DNA of 64,000 nucleotides from Vicugna vicugna (taxonomy: Eukaryota): positions 11,887,009 to 11,951,008 of the forward strand of contig MU058781.1 of the NCBI GenBank assembly GCA_013265495.1, read 5' to 3'. Positions 62,319-64,000 of this stretch are shown one piece after another (the stretch's first letter is position 1; every line of letters starts with the position of its first letter). The position numbers were made by a program, and so were the translations under genes. The notes under the pieces were generated by a model. That model was given only the letters and a program-made list of their open reading frames with translations. It was not told where the DNA came from and ran no database searches.

Positions 62319-63399
62319 TCACTTCTCAATTACTTAGACTTATGATTCAGGCCAGTGTGTTCAGAGTTCCCTTAGCACAACTGTATTTTCTTTCTTCCTC
62401 CCCAGAAAGCACCTAAACTGTGATGACAGACATGTTTTGCTCCTTTGCTTCCTCTCTGTGTGAAAAGGCATCCTGAGAAAAGTGGCGAAAGCTTTTGTGC
62501 TCCTCATCCCAGAGGCTTGTGGATTTCAGTTATTTTTGTCTCTCAACTGGGGCAGGGTTTACACTTTCTTCAAGTCTAGTTCTTATTTCCTTCAGTCCAC
62601 TAATGGCAGATTTTTTAAGGTTTTGACACGTGGGAAATAACCTTCATAACTCTGAAGAGTGCATTTCTGGGAATGTGGCCAGCACAGCCCTCCTCCCTGG
62701 GTAATTATCAGATCAGGGAAATGTCCACAGAGAAGCTGGGTTGGAGGATCACCCCATGTCAACCAGAGTGTTAAAGGGGTCTTCACTGGTCAAAGGTTCA
62801 GCAGTTGGCAGGAGCACAGTGCATTTGGGGAGCTGGGGTGTTGGACCCAGGATGGTGGAGGCTGTGGAGGGAGAGAAACGATCAGGAAGATGGGCAATTG
62901 ATATGGATCACTGCCTGTGGAATAGTGGGGGTTCCTGAAGGACCATCACGTAATCACATTTAGACTTGCTCTCTTGTCTTTCAGATGCGGGCTGTCTTGC
63001 TGAGGGTAGAGGTGGGGTGAGTGAGAGAATGATAGAAGAGCTACTGAGAGTTTGGGCTAATTCCTTCCTCCTATTGAACCAATCACTAGTGTCTCTGGTT
63101 CTGTCTTAAAGATGTCCTCAGGTCTTCCTGCAGCCTGCCTGTGTCTCAGCTGCCTAACTGGTCCTCCTGCTCCCTCCTGCTCAGTGACATTCTTTAAACT
63201 GTCTTTGGGGTGGGCTGGAGTCAGGGGAGGGGCAGTGGCGGGGACTGAGAGCACAGGCCTATTAAAAAAATAGCCGTGGATGAGATTAGAGAGAATGGCT
63301 TGAACCTTGCTGTGATGTCTGTCTGTCTGTGTCAGTGACTCCCCTCCTCACCACTAATAATAACTGGACTCTGATGAATCATATCCTTAGCCCATCCTC

Positions 63400-63620
63400 C
63401 CTTGCTGATCACTGAAACTGCAGGTCTGCTTCTAGTTTCCACCCTGCCCTAGTTCACTGAATGCCTCTATGCCTTTGCAAATTCTTTTTCTTCTGCTTGG
63501 ATTTCCCTTTTCACTCCTTCTTTGTTTGGCAAACTTGAAGTCATCCTTGAGGGCCTAGCTGAAATGTCTCTGTGCTCCCCTGGCTCCCTGGTACTTTGCT
63601 TATCCCTGGGACAGCCCTTA
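63400..63620 (+). mobile_element. Degraded L2 3' fragment
   Basis: gcctttgca...ttctgcttgga...ggcaaact...tcatcctt...agctgaaatgtc. Confidence 0.55.
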
Positions 63621-64000
63621 GGTGAAGCAGGAGCATCTTAACTGACCGCCACCTCACCTCACGCAGCCAAATTGAGCAAAGCCGCCCATGCTATACCTAA
63701 TGATGCTGACTGATACCAGCTGCATTTTCATAGCTGCTAAGTTATAGGAGAGTGAACCTGCTTACACCTGTTCCCACAGATGAATGAGATGCCCACCAAG
63801 GGTCAAGTGGTTTGTTTCCAAACCTTTTCAAAGCATTTATAATTATAGTAATACATTTTGAAATTAAAGATATTTTACATATCAATAAAATAGGCTGCAA
63901 AAGGAGAGAATGTCTATGAAATAGTGACTGTTGATAAAAGTCAATTTATTTTTTTTAAATTACTGTCTTGTTAAGGACCAGACAACTATTAAAGACTAGA

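Larger units (their letters stand above)
62259..64000 (+). other. CARMIL1: Start of CARMIL1 intron 3
   Basis: Begins with GTAAGT. The next exon (LELTFSYLEIHG...) is not seen before the window ends. Confidence 0.85.

Noticed and set aside
1..64000. CRISPR arrays, operons, prophage, intact ERV or other novel multi-gene system
   Set aside because: I saw no regularly spaced repeat-spacer array, long intact ORFs, or paired LTRs with internal gag/pol. The window is eukaryotic intron with ordinary interspersed repeats.

Overview
This is mammalian genomic DNA, almost all of it one very large intron. The only coding sequence I can support is a 51-nt + strand exon at 62208-62258, which the ORF track shows only in another frame. 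It reads VLTSCRAFLVTARIPTK, matching my recall of residues 47-63 (exon 3) of CARMIL1/LRRC16A. So 1-62207 is the 3' part of intron 2 and 62259-64000 is the start of intron 3. The intron is full of eutherian repeats: L2, MIR, MamSINE1, old L1M fragments, MaLR solo LTRs, and hAT and Tigger MERs. Four tRNA-Ala-derived SINEs and artiodactyl-type L1 3' ends point to a camelid genome (inference). I found no convincing new biological system. The best leads are a 421-bp unrecognised retroposed insert with a perfect 16-bp target-site duplication, the unusually long L2 fossil that hosts it, two nested insertions, a cluster of antisense 5' splice sites near 25.5-26.0 kb, and several repeat-free, motif-rich candidate enhancers. 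Repeat family names are from remembered consensus sequences, and most repeat boundaries are approximate (+/-10-50 bp).
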